Source of the DNA: Pseudomonadota bacterium
GTDB taxonomy: Bacteria > Bdellovibrionota_B > Oligoflexia > Oligoflexales > CAIMVM01
Length of the DNA stretch: 64,000 nt
NCBI GenBank assembly: GCA_037142195.1
Contig: JBAXBA010000001.1
Coordinates: 178,345-242,344, forward strand
Direction: 5' to 3'
The notes under the pieces are model-generated. The model ran no database searches and was not told the origin of the DNA. It saw only the letters and a program-made list of their open reading frames with translations. A program made the position numbers and the translations under genes. Shown here piece after piece: positions 22,804 to 32,000 of this stretch; position 1 is the first letter of the stretch, and every line of letters starts with the position of its first letter.

Positions 22804-24167
22804 ATTCAAGTCGTAACTTAAAAATCGTATTGAGTGGTGGCGGGCTAGTGGGTTCACTTCTGGCACTTCTCCTCGGTAAAAAGGGCTATGCCGTAGAAGT
22901 CTATGAAAAACGTGACGATATTAGGGCATCTCATTCTTCGGCAGGGCGTTCTATAAATCTTGCTTTGGCCAATCGGGGAATAGCTCCTTTGATTAAGGCA
23001 GGAATCATGGATGAAGTTGAAAAGATCATTTTGCCCATGCGTGGTCGGATGATTCATGACTTGGCAGGACAAGCCAACTTTCAGGCCTATGGACAAAAGC
23101 CAGAAGAGGTTATCTATTCTGTATCTAGGTTGGATCTAAATAGGTTGCTCATGACAGCAGCTGAAGCCACTGGAAACGTGACTTACATTTTTGATGCCGA
23201 GGTTACCGAAGTAAATTTAAAGGGACGTTCTTTTCGGTACAAAGATCGCATCGGCAAAGCGCAGCAAGTCGAATATGATTTGCTGATTGGAACGGATGGC
23301 GCTGGTTCAGAAGTGAGACGGGCAGTGCTCAGTCAAAAAGGCAGTGAGTTAAATTCAGAACTTTTGGATCATTCCTATAAAGAGCTTTTGATTAAGAGCG
23401 GACCTGAAGGCGGTTTTTTGCTAGATCCAAAGGCTCTTCATATTTGGCCACGGGGTGAGTATATGATGATTGCCCTTCCCAATCCTGACGGATCTTTTAC
23501 AGCCACCATGTTTTTGCCTCGCACGGGTCCTGTTAGTTTTGAGGCTCTCGACACGGAAGCTCGCGTAGAGGATTTTTTCACAGAGAATTTTCCTGGTATA
23601 AAAAGCCTTGTGCCGGATCTCGTGACTTCGTTTTTAAAAAATCCCCTTGGCAGCCTAGGAACGGTCAAATGCTATCCTTGGTCCTATGAGGGCTCAGCGC
23701 TTCTTATGGGTGATGCTGCTCATGCCATTGTTCCCTTTCATGGTCAAGGCATGAACTGTGGATTTGAGGACTGTGCGGCATTTGACGAGCTACTGGAAAC
23801 TGAGTCCGTAAAGACAGATGCCGACTTACAAGCGCTTTTACTCAAGTTTCAAGATCTAAGAAAGCCTAATTCCGACGCCATTGCAGATCTAGCCTTAGAT
23901 AATTATATTGAAATGCGCTCTAAGGTTGTAGACCCTAGATTTTTAGTAAAAAAGAAAATGGAATTTGAACTCGAAAATTTGTTTCCTGATGTTTTTATTC
24001 CCAGGTACTCACGAGTTATGTTTCAACATATTCCTTATAAAGACGCCAAGCTTTTTGGTGAAATTCAAGAAGAGATTTTAGAGCAACTTTATGATGACTA
24101 TGTTAAGGATCAAAGGATACCAGTTCAAAAAGCTCAACAGTTAGTTCAAGCAAAACTGCAAAATTAG
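22800..24167 (+). CDS. kmo: Kynurenine 3-monooxygenase
   Basis: GGGLVG, GRSINLAL, ALHIWPRG, GDAAHAIVPFHGQGMNCGFED, NYIEMR. Confidence 0.97.
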   Translation: MNSSRNLKIVLSGGGLVGSLLALLLGKKGYAVEVYEKRDDIRASHSSAGRSINLALANRGIAPLIKAGIMDEVEKIILPMRGRMIHDLAGQANFQAYGQKPEEVIYSVSRLDLNRLLMTAAEATGNVTYIFDAEVTEVNLKGRSFRYKDRIGKAQQVEYDLLIGTDGAGSEVRRAVLSQKGSELNSELLDHSYKELLIKSGPEGGFLLDPKALHIWPRGEYMMIALPNPDGSFTATMFLPRTGPVSFEALDTEARVEDFFTENFPGIKSLVPDLVTSFLKNPLGSLGTVKCYPWSYEGSALLMGDAAHAIVPFHGQGMNCGFEDCAAFDELLETESVKTDADLQALLLKFQDLRKPNSDAIADLALDNYIEMRSKVVDPRFLVKKKMEFELENLFPDVFIPRYSRVMFQHIPYKDAKLFGEIQEEILEQLYDDYVKDQRIPVQKAQQLVQAKLQN

Positions 24168-24366
24168 TAAAAACTTGGTGTTTCCTATAATTTTCTTTGG
24201 TGCTTTTGAAATTTGCTAAAACACCGTGAAGCTCAGGTCATAAGCCCCCAAAAATAAAATGAACTTTACCTATTTTACGGCCTGCTTGGGCCGCAAAGTA
24301 TCCGGGTTCATTTAATAATTGGCATAGACATTATATAATGGATCTTAAGTCACATCGAAAGATACC

Positions 24367-26697
24367 ATGATTAAAAACGTCTCTAAAAAATACGAATATC
24401 TTTTTGCAGCTCTAAGCATGATTTTTGGGCTTTATTTGGCGGCAAGTTTTTTAAGCTTTTCTCCTCGAGATGATAGCTTCTATTCCGTTAGCTTTCCTGA
24501 GGTTGCGATTACGAAAAATTTGGGCGGCGCTCTCGGGTCAGAGTTGGCAGCGCACGGTATTTTCCAGCTAGGATTAGTCGCTCCTTTAGTCCCTCTTTTC
24601 TTTATGGGAATGTCGATGATTCTCGCTAAAGACCTAAGAAGGGTGAAAGCGATATTTCTGTTTTGCCTCTATTTTCTGACTACTTGCATGTTGTTGATGT
24701 ATTTTGTAAGCCTTCTCAACATTCCTCTTCAAATTGACGGGGTCTCCTTTATGCCCGGAGGTTGGCTCGGGCGGTCTCTCAATCATAGTCTTGAAAAAAC
24801 TTTCGGGAAGTCACTCTTCTTGGCTGTAGGCCTAGGAGCGATGCTGCCCGCCATTTTCCCTTACTTGAATCGGTATTTTCTCTGGTTCAGAGACAGATGC
24901 CGAGAAAAAATAGGCGAAGTTCTGCGAGCCATGAGACATAAAAAAGGAGATCTCAGACTTACCGAGGCGCCCCTAATTGGTAACACATCTCTACCGATAG
25001 AAGACTGGGAGTCCTCTGTTCCGAAAGGCTTTCCGATTAAGGAGGCCTCTGAATCAAGTGTCGCAAGCATAGAATTTTCTAGCCAATCTGAGGAAGTTCT
25101 ATCCCATTCTGATTTTTCTGAATCTGCAGATTTTAAGTTTGAAGGGAAAGACTCTACACCGATCATTCATGGAGATGAAGGTGGGGACATTAGCGGTCCC
25201 GTAAATATAGTGGATCGGCTTTATAAGTTTCCTGATTTAGACGTTTTTAAGCGCCATGTTTCTAGCCAAGCTCAGGGAATAACGCCGCATGAACTTAAGA
25301 GAATGGATGAGCTCCTGATTAAGACTTTAGGTGATTTTGGCATTAAAGCGGAAGTGATTGGTCATCAGACCGGACCAGTAGTAACGGTTTACGAAGTTCG
25401 GCCAGAGGCAGGAGTAAAGCAGGCGCGTCTTCTTGGACTTGCGGATGATTTGGCCTTATCTTTGAAAGCGGATAGTTTATTGATTCAGCCTATTCCTGAA
25501 AAAAGCGCCCTTGGAATTCAAGTTCCCAATCAGACTCGGCAAGATGTATTGATGGGCGAACTTTTAGAGCATCCCACATTTAGCCGCCTTACTTCTACTT
25601 TGTCCTTCGTCATCGGAAAGTCTATTTCGGGACAGCCCGTCTATGCAGATCTTGGCGGGATGCCCCACCTCTTGGTGGCGGGATCCACTGGATCTGGAAA
25701 ATCGGTGGGCATTAACACTCTCATTACGTCTCTTTTGACCAGGTCTAGTCCTAAAGATGTGCGCATGATACTTGTGGATCCCAAAATGTTAGAGCTCTCT
25801 GTTTATGAGGGCATACCCCACCTTTTAATGCCCGTGATCACTCAGCCAGAAAAAGCAACTTCGGCCCTGCGTTGGGCGGTTCACGAGATGGAACGTAGGT
25901 ATAGAGTCATGCAGCAAATGCAAGTTAGAAATATTGCGGCATTTAATCAGGCTTGGCTCGATGCGAAAGAGGAAACCCGCTCTCTTATAAAAGCTCAGCT
26001 CAAAGATGATGAGATTGATACATTGCCTTATATCGTTTTAGTTATCGATGAATTGGCGGATTTGATGATGACGGCACCAAAGGAGATTGAATCCATTATA
26101 CAGAGGCTGGCACAAAAAGCTCGTGCCTCGGGCATACATATGGTTTTGGCTACTCAGAGACCATCTGTAGACATCATAACAGGGGTGATCAAGGCGAATT
26201 TACCTTCAAGAATAGCCTTTCAAGTGGTTTCCAAGCACGATTCCCGAACGATTCTAGATCAGATGGGTGCAGAGAAGCTTTTAGGTAAAGGCGATCTTCT
26301 TTTGCAAAGGCCAGGTTTAAATAAACTAGAACGGATTCAAGGCGCTTATGTATCCGATAGTGAGGTCGTAAACTTTGTGAAGTCCATAAAAGATAGGAAC
26401 CAAGCAAAATATGATCAAAATCTTATCGAGTGGGTGGAGCGAGAAGCAAGTCAAGATTCGACTGCGGATAAGAACGGAGATGACTTTGGTGAGGACCTTA
26501 TGTGGGATGGCGCACTGGAAATTGCCAAGAGCCAAGGTCAAATTTCTGCATCTTTTCTGCAGCGTCAGCTGAAGATTGGCTACAATCGCGCCGCTCGAAT
26601 CGTCGAACAAATGGAAAAAATGGGCCTAGTGGGAAAAGCCGACGGCTCAAAGCCGCGCAAATGGTTAGGACAGACCGGCCAGCCAGGTCTTTTCTAA
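24367..26697 (+). CDS. ftsK: DNA translocase FtsK
   Basis: N-terminal TMs, PHLLVAGSTGSGKS, IDELADLM, ATQRPSVD, gamma domain LQRQLKIGYNRAARIVE. Confidence 0.98.
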   Translation: MIKNVSKKYEYLFAALSMIFGLYLAASFLSFSPRDDSFYSVSFPEVAITKNLGGALGSELAAHGIFQLGLVAPLVPLFFMGMSMILAKDLRRVKAIFLFCLYFLTTCMLLMYFVSLLNIPLQIDGVSFMPGGWLGRSLNHSLEKTFGKSLFLAVGLGAMLPAIFPYLNRYFLWFRDRCREKIGEVLRAMRHKKGDLRLTEAPLIGNTSLPIEDWESSVPKGFPIKEASESSVASIEFSSQSEEVLSHSDFSESADFKFEGKDSTPIIHGDEGGDISGPVNIVDRLYKFPDLDVFKRHVSSQAQGITPHELKRMDELLIKTLGDFGIKAEVIGHQTGPVVTVYEVRPEAGVKQARLLGLADDLALSLKADSLLIQPIPEKSALGIQVPNQTRQDVLMGELLEHPTFSRLTSTLSFVIGKSISGQPVYADLGGMPHLLVAGSTGSGKSVGINTLITSLLTRSSPKDVRMILVDPKMLELSVYEGIPHLLMPVITQPEKATSALRWAVHEMERRYRVMQQMQVRNIAAFNQAWLDAKEETRSLIKAQLKDDEIDTLPYIVLVIDELADLMMTAPKEIESIIQRLAQKARASGIHMVLATQRPSVDIITGVIKANLPSRIAFQVVSKHDSRTILDQMGAEKLLGKGDLLLQRPGLNKLERIQGAYVSDSEVVNFVKSIKDRNQAKYDQNLIEWVEREASQDSTADKNGDDFGEDLMWDGALEIAKSQGQISASFLQRQLKIGYNRAARIVEQMEKMGLVGKADGSKPRKWLGQTGQPGLF

Positions 26698-26735
26698 ACG
26701 AGAGGACTTTGGTTTCCATGGGAGATTTTTTTAAG

Positions 26736-26764
26736 ACTTCTTATTAAAACTTCTTATTAAAACT
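26736..26764. repeat. Direct repeat, 2 x 13 bp (ACTTCTTATTAAA) plus a partial unit
   Basis: Seen directly between the convergent ftsK and glycosyltransferase genes. Confidence 0.85.
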
Positions 26765-26778
26765 AGGTCGAAAGGATT

Positions 26779-27834
26779 CTAAAGAATCTTTTCAAGATGG
26801 CTTCTCATCACTTCAAAACTAAACCTTTGTTTCGCTTTTTGACTTCTTTCTGTCCTTAAGGAAGGATCTTCTGTAAAGGCAGTATGAAGAAATGAGACGA
26901 TTTCAGGGATGTCGTTTGGAGCTAGGTTGGAACAAAGTCCAGCAGAATCAAATAAGACTTCATGAAGCGCTCCTGCTTTTGAAACGAGAATGGGAGTGCC
27001 ACAAAGGAGAAACTCTTGGGCAACGCGGCAAATCACTTCGGAGCCTAGACTTGGTATGATACCGATGGCGGTGGAGCTTAAAAGCTCGGAAGGATTATGG
27101 ACATGGCCTTCTAAAATCTCGACGTCGTCACGGATTCCAAGTGTGCTTGCCGCATGCAAAAGATCCTTCTTGGTAAGGTTTTCATTGCGGCCAACGATTT
27201 GAAGGAGCGGTCGCGCCTCCCCGGGAAAGCACTGAATGTATTCAGAAAGCAATTGTTTCCAAAGGACCATAAACTCACGGTGGCCTTTAATCGGGTCAAA
27301 TCTGCCAAAGATAAGACATCTTGGTCTCTTGCTAGTTTTGGGAGAGGGGCGCCAGTACGAGGCATCCAGACCAATGACGATGGGATGTATAGTTTTCTCG
27401 GTAAACGATTTCAACTCGTTGGCAAGAACCTCACATGGGACTATAAATCCGGCAACTTGATGATGGGATAACTTGTGTACAAGTTTTCGAAAGGGAGAAA
27501 AGCTGCGAAAACGCTCCCCCCGAAAGCGCCATTTTTGGACACCGGGAATAAAAAGGCTCAAAGTTTGCTCCAGACCACCGCAGGTAATCAAGAGAGAAGG
27601 CGCATGCTTTATGGCCAAATGTCGAAGTTCTCTTACGACACCCGACTTCAATTGAAAAGTGGTTAGGGGAGCTACGGCAAGGCCTAGCTGGTCAGCCCTC
27701 CTATGGGCAGGCGAGCCGCCAAGGGGCATAAATAAAACGTCATGACCACCTTCTTTTAAGGAGCGAGCCATGCTTAAAGCGTATTCAGTTATGGCAGAGT
27801 TCCATCGGTTGCTACTCAGAATCCAGATTTTCAT
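26779..27834 (-). CDS. Glycosyltransferase family 4 (GT-B)
   Basis: FGRFDPIKGH, IIPSLGSEVICRVAQEFLLCGTP (ExxxxxxxE), N-terminal WNSAITEYA. Confidence 0.85.
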   Translation of the reverse strand: MKIWILSSNRWNSAITEYALSMARSLKEGGHDVLFMPLGGSPAHRRADQLGLAVAPLTTFQLKSGVVRELRHLAIKHAPSLLITCGGLEQTLSLFIPGVQKWRFRGERFRSFSPFRKLVHKLSHHQVAGFIVPCEVLANELKSFTEKTIHPIVIGLDASYWRPSPKTSKRPRCLIFGRFDPIKGHREFMVLWKQLLSEYIQCFPGEARPLLQIVGRNENLTKKDLLHAASTLGIRDDVEILEGHVHNPSELLSSTAIGIIPSLGSEVICRVAQEFLLCGTPILVSKAGALHEVLFDSAGLCSNLAPNDIPEIVSFLHTAFTEDPSLRTERSQKAKQRFSFEVMRSHLEKIL

Positions 27835-27888
27835 AGTATTTTCTTTATAGTGTTTTCTCTATAGTGATTTCTCTATAGTGATTTCTTT
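27833..27888. repeat. Tandem repeat, 4 x 14 bp (consensus ATAGTGATTTCTCT)
   Basis: Units start at 27833, 27847, 27861 and 27875; they abut the GT4 start codon in the divergent GT4/gcvT intergenic region. Confidence 0.9.
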
Positions 27889-28011
27889 AAATTCTAAAAT
27901 AGGCCGCCGTGGTCATTAAAATGAATATATCTCAGTTTTTCAATTGATTCTAGGAACTCTAAAAGAAGATACTTCGTGAGTTTTTTTGAGCGTAAAAAAG
28001 GAGTCCCCCCG

Positions 28012-29115
28012 ATGACCATGAAAAGAACACGTCTGTTTGAGGAACATGTAAAGCTTGGAGCAAAAATTGTTCCGTTCGGAGGCTGGGATATGCCGGTGAG
28101 CTATTCTGGGGTACTTGCCGAGCACGCACACGTGCGAACAAAGTGTGGCATCTTTGATGTTTCTCATATGGGAGAGCTTTTTGTCTCTGGAAAAGGCTCA
28201 GCCGAAGCTCTTCAAAAGGTAACGATTAACGACATCCAGCGTCTTAAGGTCGGCGAAGGTCAATATTCCGCGCTTTTAAATGAAAAAGGCGGAATTATAG
28301 ATGATCTCATTCTTTACCGGCTCGAGAGTGAAACGTTTCTTCTATGCGTGAATGCATCCAATATTGAAAAAGATTTTAACTGGTTAAAAGAAGTTTTACC
28401 CGCATCCATCCAAGTTGAGAACCAGTCTGAAAACTGGTCTCAAATCGCCGTTCAAGGGCCTAGTTCTAAGGCCGCATTAATGGGATGTTTAAATTCTGTG
28501 GATATCTCAAGATTTTCGGAATTAGAGTATATGAGCCTTATGAAAGCCCAGCTCGGGGGAGTCGAGGGTTTGATTGCTCGCACGGGCTATACGGGAGAGC
28601 TTGGCTATGAAATTTATCTGCCCCACGCGGGAGTCTTAGGGATTTGGAAAAAGCTTCTCGAGAATCCCGACGTTTTGCCAGTAGGACTGGGGGCTAGAGA
28701 TACTTTGCGCCTCGAGGCATGTTATGTTCTCTACGGAAATGATATCGATGAAACTACCACACCTTGGGAGGCGGGAATTGGCTGGGCGGTGCGCCTGGAG
28801 CAAAAAGGCGATTTTGTTGGGCGGCAGGCACTCGAGGCACAAAAGGCCGCAGGCGTTCCCCGAAAAATGGTAGCTTTTAAACTGGATGAGCCAGGAGTTC
28901 CGAGGCCCGGCATGGATATTTGGGCGAATGAGAAAATAATAGGCAAAGTGACCTCTGGCTCCGTTTTACCAACAGTTGGAGGTGCTGGTGGCATGGCACT
29001 TTTGCTTGCAGATTCGGTCAAAGTGGGCGACAAGATAGGTATCGATGTGAGAGGTAAGCAAAAGCTCGCTACGGTAGTGAAACGACCACTTTATACAGCC
29101 AAAATACACTCATAA
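28012..29115 (+). CDS. gcvT: Glycine cleavage system aminomethyltransferase T
   Basis: FGGWDMPV, FDVSHMGE, ARTGYTGELGYE, GLGARDTLRLEA; AAGGAG RBS. Confidence 0.98.
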   Translation: MTMKRTRLFEEHVKLGAKIVPFGGWDMPVSYSGVLAEHAHVRTKCGIFDVSHMGELFVSGKGSAEALQKVTINDIQRLKVGEGQYSALLNEKGGIIDDLILYRLESETFLLCVNASNIEKDFNWLKEVLPASIQVENQSENWSQIAVQGPSSKAALMGCLNSVDISRFSELEYMSLMKAQLGGVEGLIARTGYTGELGYEIYLPHAGVLGIWKKLLENPDVLPVGLGARDTLRLEACYVLYGNDIDETTTPWEAGIGWAVRLEQKGDFVGRQALEAQKAAGVPRKMVAFKLDEPGVPRPGMDIWANEKIIGKVTSGSVLPTVGGAGGMALLLADSVKVGDKIGIDVRGKQKLATVVKRPLYTAKIHS

Positions 29116-29132
29116 GCAAAGGGGCCTTAAAA

Positions 29133-29507
29133 ATGGACTTTACTCAAAAATTGAAATTCTCAAAAGATCATGAATGGCTTTCTGCAACTACCGGCACAGT
29201 AAGCGTCGGTGTTAGCGCCTATGCTGTGGATCAACTTGGAGATATTGTTCACATTGATCTTCCTAAAATTGGAGACACCTTTGGTGCCGGAGATCCATTT
29301 GGGACCATCGAGTCCACAAAGACGGTATCGGATCTTTATATGCCCGTTGAGGGCAAGGTCGTTGAAGTAAATACGGCCATCTTGAACTCTCCTGAAGCCC
29401 TTCAAGAAGACTGCTATAAAGATGGCTGGCTCCTTAGAATTGAAATTACAGGCCCTACCGTTGAACTCCTGTCTGCTGCAGAGTATGAGTCGTTTATTAA
29501 GGAATAA
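29133..29507 (+). CDS. gcvH: Glycine cleavage system H protein
   Basis: SKDHEW, LGDIVHIDLP, IESTKTVSD (lipoyl Lys), DGWL. Confidence 0.97.
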   Translation: MDFTQKLKFSKDHEWLSATTGTVSVGVSAYAVDQLGDIVHIDLPKIGDTFGAGDPFGTIESTKTVSDLYMPVEGKVVEVNTAILNSPEALQEDCYKDGWLLRIEITGPTVELLSAAEYESFIKE

Positions 29508-29596
29508 AAGGGACTTTTTGCCCATTCCCTTGACACCTGTCTACTAATATTAACAAAAACCCTTTTGGAATCATTAGGGTTTTTGGCTTTTTGGGG

Positions 29597-29612
29597 CGGA
29601 ACAGGAATTGCT
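29597..29612 (+). promoter_or_regulatory. Candidate sigma54 -24/-12 promoter
   Basis: CGGAACAGGAATTGCT has GG-N10-GC with TTGC, about 30 bp before ATG 29642. Confidence 0.55.
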
Positions 29613-29641
29613 TTAAGGTCTCCGTAAGAAGGAGGCCACAG

Positions 29642-29947
29642 ATGAGTTTTGATACTATAAATTTATTGGAAAGCTACCCACCGTCACTTCTATTTGGTTT
29701 TTGGAATGTCATCTTTCAAGAAGGCGTACGGGGCAATCATTTTCTTTTTGATGCTGTTCAGCCGCTTGGGACTCAGGGCGGTCTAGAATTAGATATGGTG
29801 TGGGCAAAGCTCTTGTCATGTGAAAGCCTCAACGAAGCTAAAAATCATTTAAGTGCCCAAGCTCCCCAGACATTTGAAGATGTAAAGCGTGTGTATCATG
29901 TTTGGCTAGATTCTAACTGCCAAGAGTTAAGAAGCTCTTTAAACTAA
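29642..29947 (+). CDS. Hypothetical protein (about 101 aa)
   Basis: AGGAGG RBS and ATG 29642; protein-like composition (FQEGVRGNHFLFD). Confidence 0.7.
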   Translation: MSFDTINLLESYPPSLLFGFWNVIFQEGVRGNHFLFDAVQPLGTQGGLELDMVWAKLLSCESLNEAKNHLSAQAPQTFEDVKRVYHVWLDSNCQELRSSLN

Positions 29948-30927
29948 AAAAGTGTGGGTTGGCTATCCTTGTAAATAGCACTGACATTATCTACGGTAGA
30001 CTTCAATTCTGCCATATGACTTTTAGCTCCAGCGCCAAAAATATAAAGGTGTTCTGGCATTACCTCTTTGATGATTTCTTTAAGCTCGCCAATTGTGGGA
30101 GAGCAGTCCATGAGAAATGGTGAAATATTTGACGGCCTCGTTAGAGCGGACTCGAAGGCTAATGAGCTATCGTAAATGAGTGCTGACGGCCTCATCATCA
30201 TAAACTTAAGCCGTCTACCAAATGGTACCGGTGAGGGGATAATCAAAACGCGATCATCCACCGAGCGTTTAGACCATGTCCCCGGTTTTCCAATATGAAA
30301 ATCATGGGACGTATAAACACTATTAATGCCGACTAAAGACGGATGAACAAGCGTAGGAATGAGAGCTTGATCTAGGGTTTTTATGACCTCTTGAGCCAGT
30401 CCAAATGGGGGTGTATAAATCACCGGCCAAACGCCGGAAGTAGATTTGATTTTAAGTATCCAATCTACCAAGCGCTCTTTCTCTTTTCTAATGGAGTGGT
30501 TCACCATGTGAGCGCTAGAGTGGGCTTTTAAGACTAAAGTTTTTGCTTTTCGAAGTTGTGCTTTTCGAGTTAAAAGGTGTTTTTGCAAGGTAATACTGGG
30601 AGCATAAAGAATAGAATCACTTTTGGTTTCTAAATATAAGGAAGCTCCACCAAGCACCTTACCTGAGGGTAGTAGTTCAAGTTTATAATTACCGATCATA
30701 AACGGACGATTGTATTGGCATTGCAGAGCATTAGTTTTCATTCTAGCCGCTTCCATCAGGGAAGCAGACTCTTCACTCATAATGATCTGTTTAGAGTTAA
30801 TGGGCGACAATGTGGGTTCAGAAATAAAATTCATTCCTTCAGAAGAGTTGACGTCCAAAGTTAAAATAGACCCTAAGAGAATTAATCCCGAGTCTTTCGT
30901 TTCAAATTGGAGTCGATCCTTTGTCAC
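29944..30927 (-). CDS. MBL-fold/beta-CASP-like RNA/DNA-processing protein with degenerate metal site
   Basis: YNRPFMIGNYKLELLPSGKVLGGA, TLVLKA, PPFGLAQEVI, ELKEIIKEVMPEHLYIF follow the ligase-associated exonuclease-type layout; HxHxDH is absent. Confidence 0.65.
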   Translation of the reverse strand: MTKDRLQFETKDSGLILLGSILTLDVNSSEGMNFISEPTLSPINSKQIIMSEESASLMEAARMKTNALQCQYNRPFMIGNYKLELLPSGKVLGGASLYLETKSDSILYAPSITLQKHLLTRKAQLRKAKTLVLKAHSSAHMVNHSIRKEKERLVDWILKIKSTSGVWPVIYTPPFGLAQEVIKTLDQALIPTLVHPSLVGINSVYTSHDFHIGKPGTWSKRSVDDRVLIIPSPVPFGRRLKFMMMRPSALIYDSSLAFESALTRPSNISPFLMDCSPTIGELKEIIKEVMPEHLYIFGAGAKSHMAELKSTVDNVSAIYKDSQPTLF

Positions 30928-31078
30928 AAATAAAATTCCTAAACATTATTCCATATTTTAGGATAGTTAAGGCAACCCCAAACGTCAAGGCTTTGATTAG
31001 GGAGCAGGCAGGTCTAGGGCATTTGTTGTTCTGGCCCAAATCTCTCGGATGAACTCATAGGACGGAGTCATGGATTCA

Positions 31079-31267
31079 TTAATAGCCGCGGTTTAGTTTG
31101 ATTTCGACGTTGTGGATAGAGTGGTAAAGCTGTTCCCAGTAAAAATCACCAAAGTCGACGCAGCCCTCGGTAGAGCCGTTATTTAAAAAAGCATATAAAG
31201 TTAAATAATCTTTATACTTAGCTACGATTGTATTAAAAAAGTGCCGCCTGGTCTCATAGGAAATCAT
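31079..31267 (-). CDS. Small hypothetical protein (62 aa), probably sigma28-driven
   Basis: GGGGGTGA RBS-like motif, good sigma28-like promoter directly upstream, aromatic-rich sequence. Confidence 0.6.
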   Translation of the reverse strand: MISYETRRHFFNTIVAKYKDYLTLYAFLNNGSTEGCVDFGDFYWEQLYHSIHNVEIKLNRGY

Positions 31268-31291
31268 TCCATCACCCCCACAATGAGTCCA

Positions 31292-31318
31292 AGATCGGCT
31301 ATAATGTAAGAGACTTTA
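31292..31318 (-). promoter_or_regulatory. Sigma28 (FliA)-like promoter
   Basis: Minus strand TAAA-gtctcttacattata(15)-GCCGATCT versus consensus TAAA-N15-GCCGATAA. Confidence 0.7.
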
Positions 31319-31335
31319 GGGGAATATGGACATCT

Positions 31336-31989
31336 GTGGGTAACCTGACGGAACTAATATTAATCCTGCTTTTCGCGATAGCACTCGGGGCTTTCGCAGC
31401 CAAGGTATTAACCGCGCCGCCAAAAAGAAATAAGGGGAGAGGCGCCACTTTGGCTACCCTTCTGGCCCGGGTGGAACGCTCCAAGGGTGCTTTAGAGGCC
31501 GCCCTCAACCGCCAGACGATACCCTTAGAACAAATGGAAAAGGCTGCCCGCACATTGGAGCACCTGCTTGAGCTTTTGAACCAGCTCAAAAAAGAGGGCC
31601 GGCTAGACCCTCTGTCTCTTAATTCCGCGGTTTTTATCGCCGAAGATATTGATCGGCTTCTTGGGAAAAAAGAAGCTCCAGAGTCCTCCGAGACTCACCA
31701 CTGCTATTTCTGCTCGAGACCGCATAAGGGACAAAAAGCCATGGCTCAAATCAAACAGGGCGAAATCAAAAGCGACGTTACGGCTTGCGAAACCTGTTTG
31801 AACAAAATAAAATCAGGGGGCAAAGCAAAGGTTCTTCATTTCACGGATGGTGACGGTAAAGCCGTGCACTGGAGCGAGTATAAAGAATTTTTGCCAAACA
31901 GTTCGTATTGGACTATCAATACAGATCAGCCTTCGCCAAAAAAGCCAGCTCATCTGGCCTTAGTTAAAGACGATGGCATTAACACTTAG
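31336..31989 (+). CDS. Membrane-anchored hypothetical protein with coiled coil and CxxC...CxxC zinc finger
   Basis: N-terminal TM; CYFC and CETC; ends 11 bp before mdh. Confidence 0.75.
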   Translation: MGNLTELILILLFAIALGAFAAKVLTAPPKRNKGRGATLATLLARVERSKGALEAALNRQTIPLEQMEKAARTLEHLLELLNQLKKEGRLDPLSLNSAVFIAEDIDRLLGKKEAPESSETHHCYFCSRPHKGQKAMAQIKQGEIKSDVTACETCLNKIKSGGKAKVLHFTDGDGKAVHWSEYKEFLPNSSYWTINTDQPSPKKPAHLALVKDDGINT

Positions 31990-32000
31990 GGAGCCCTTGC

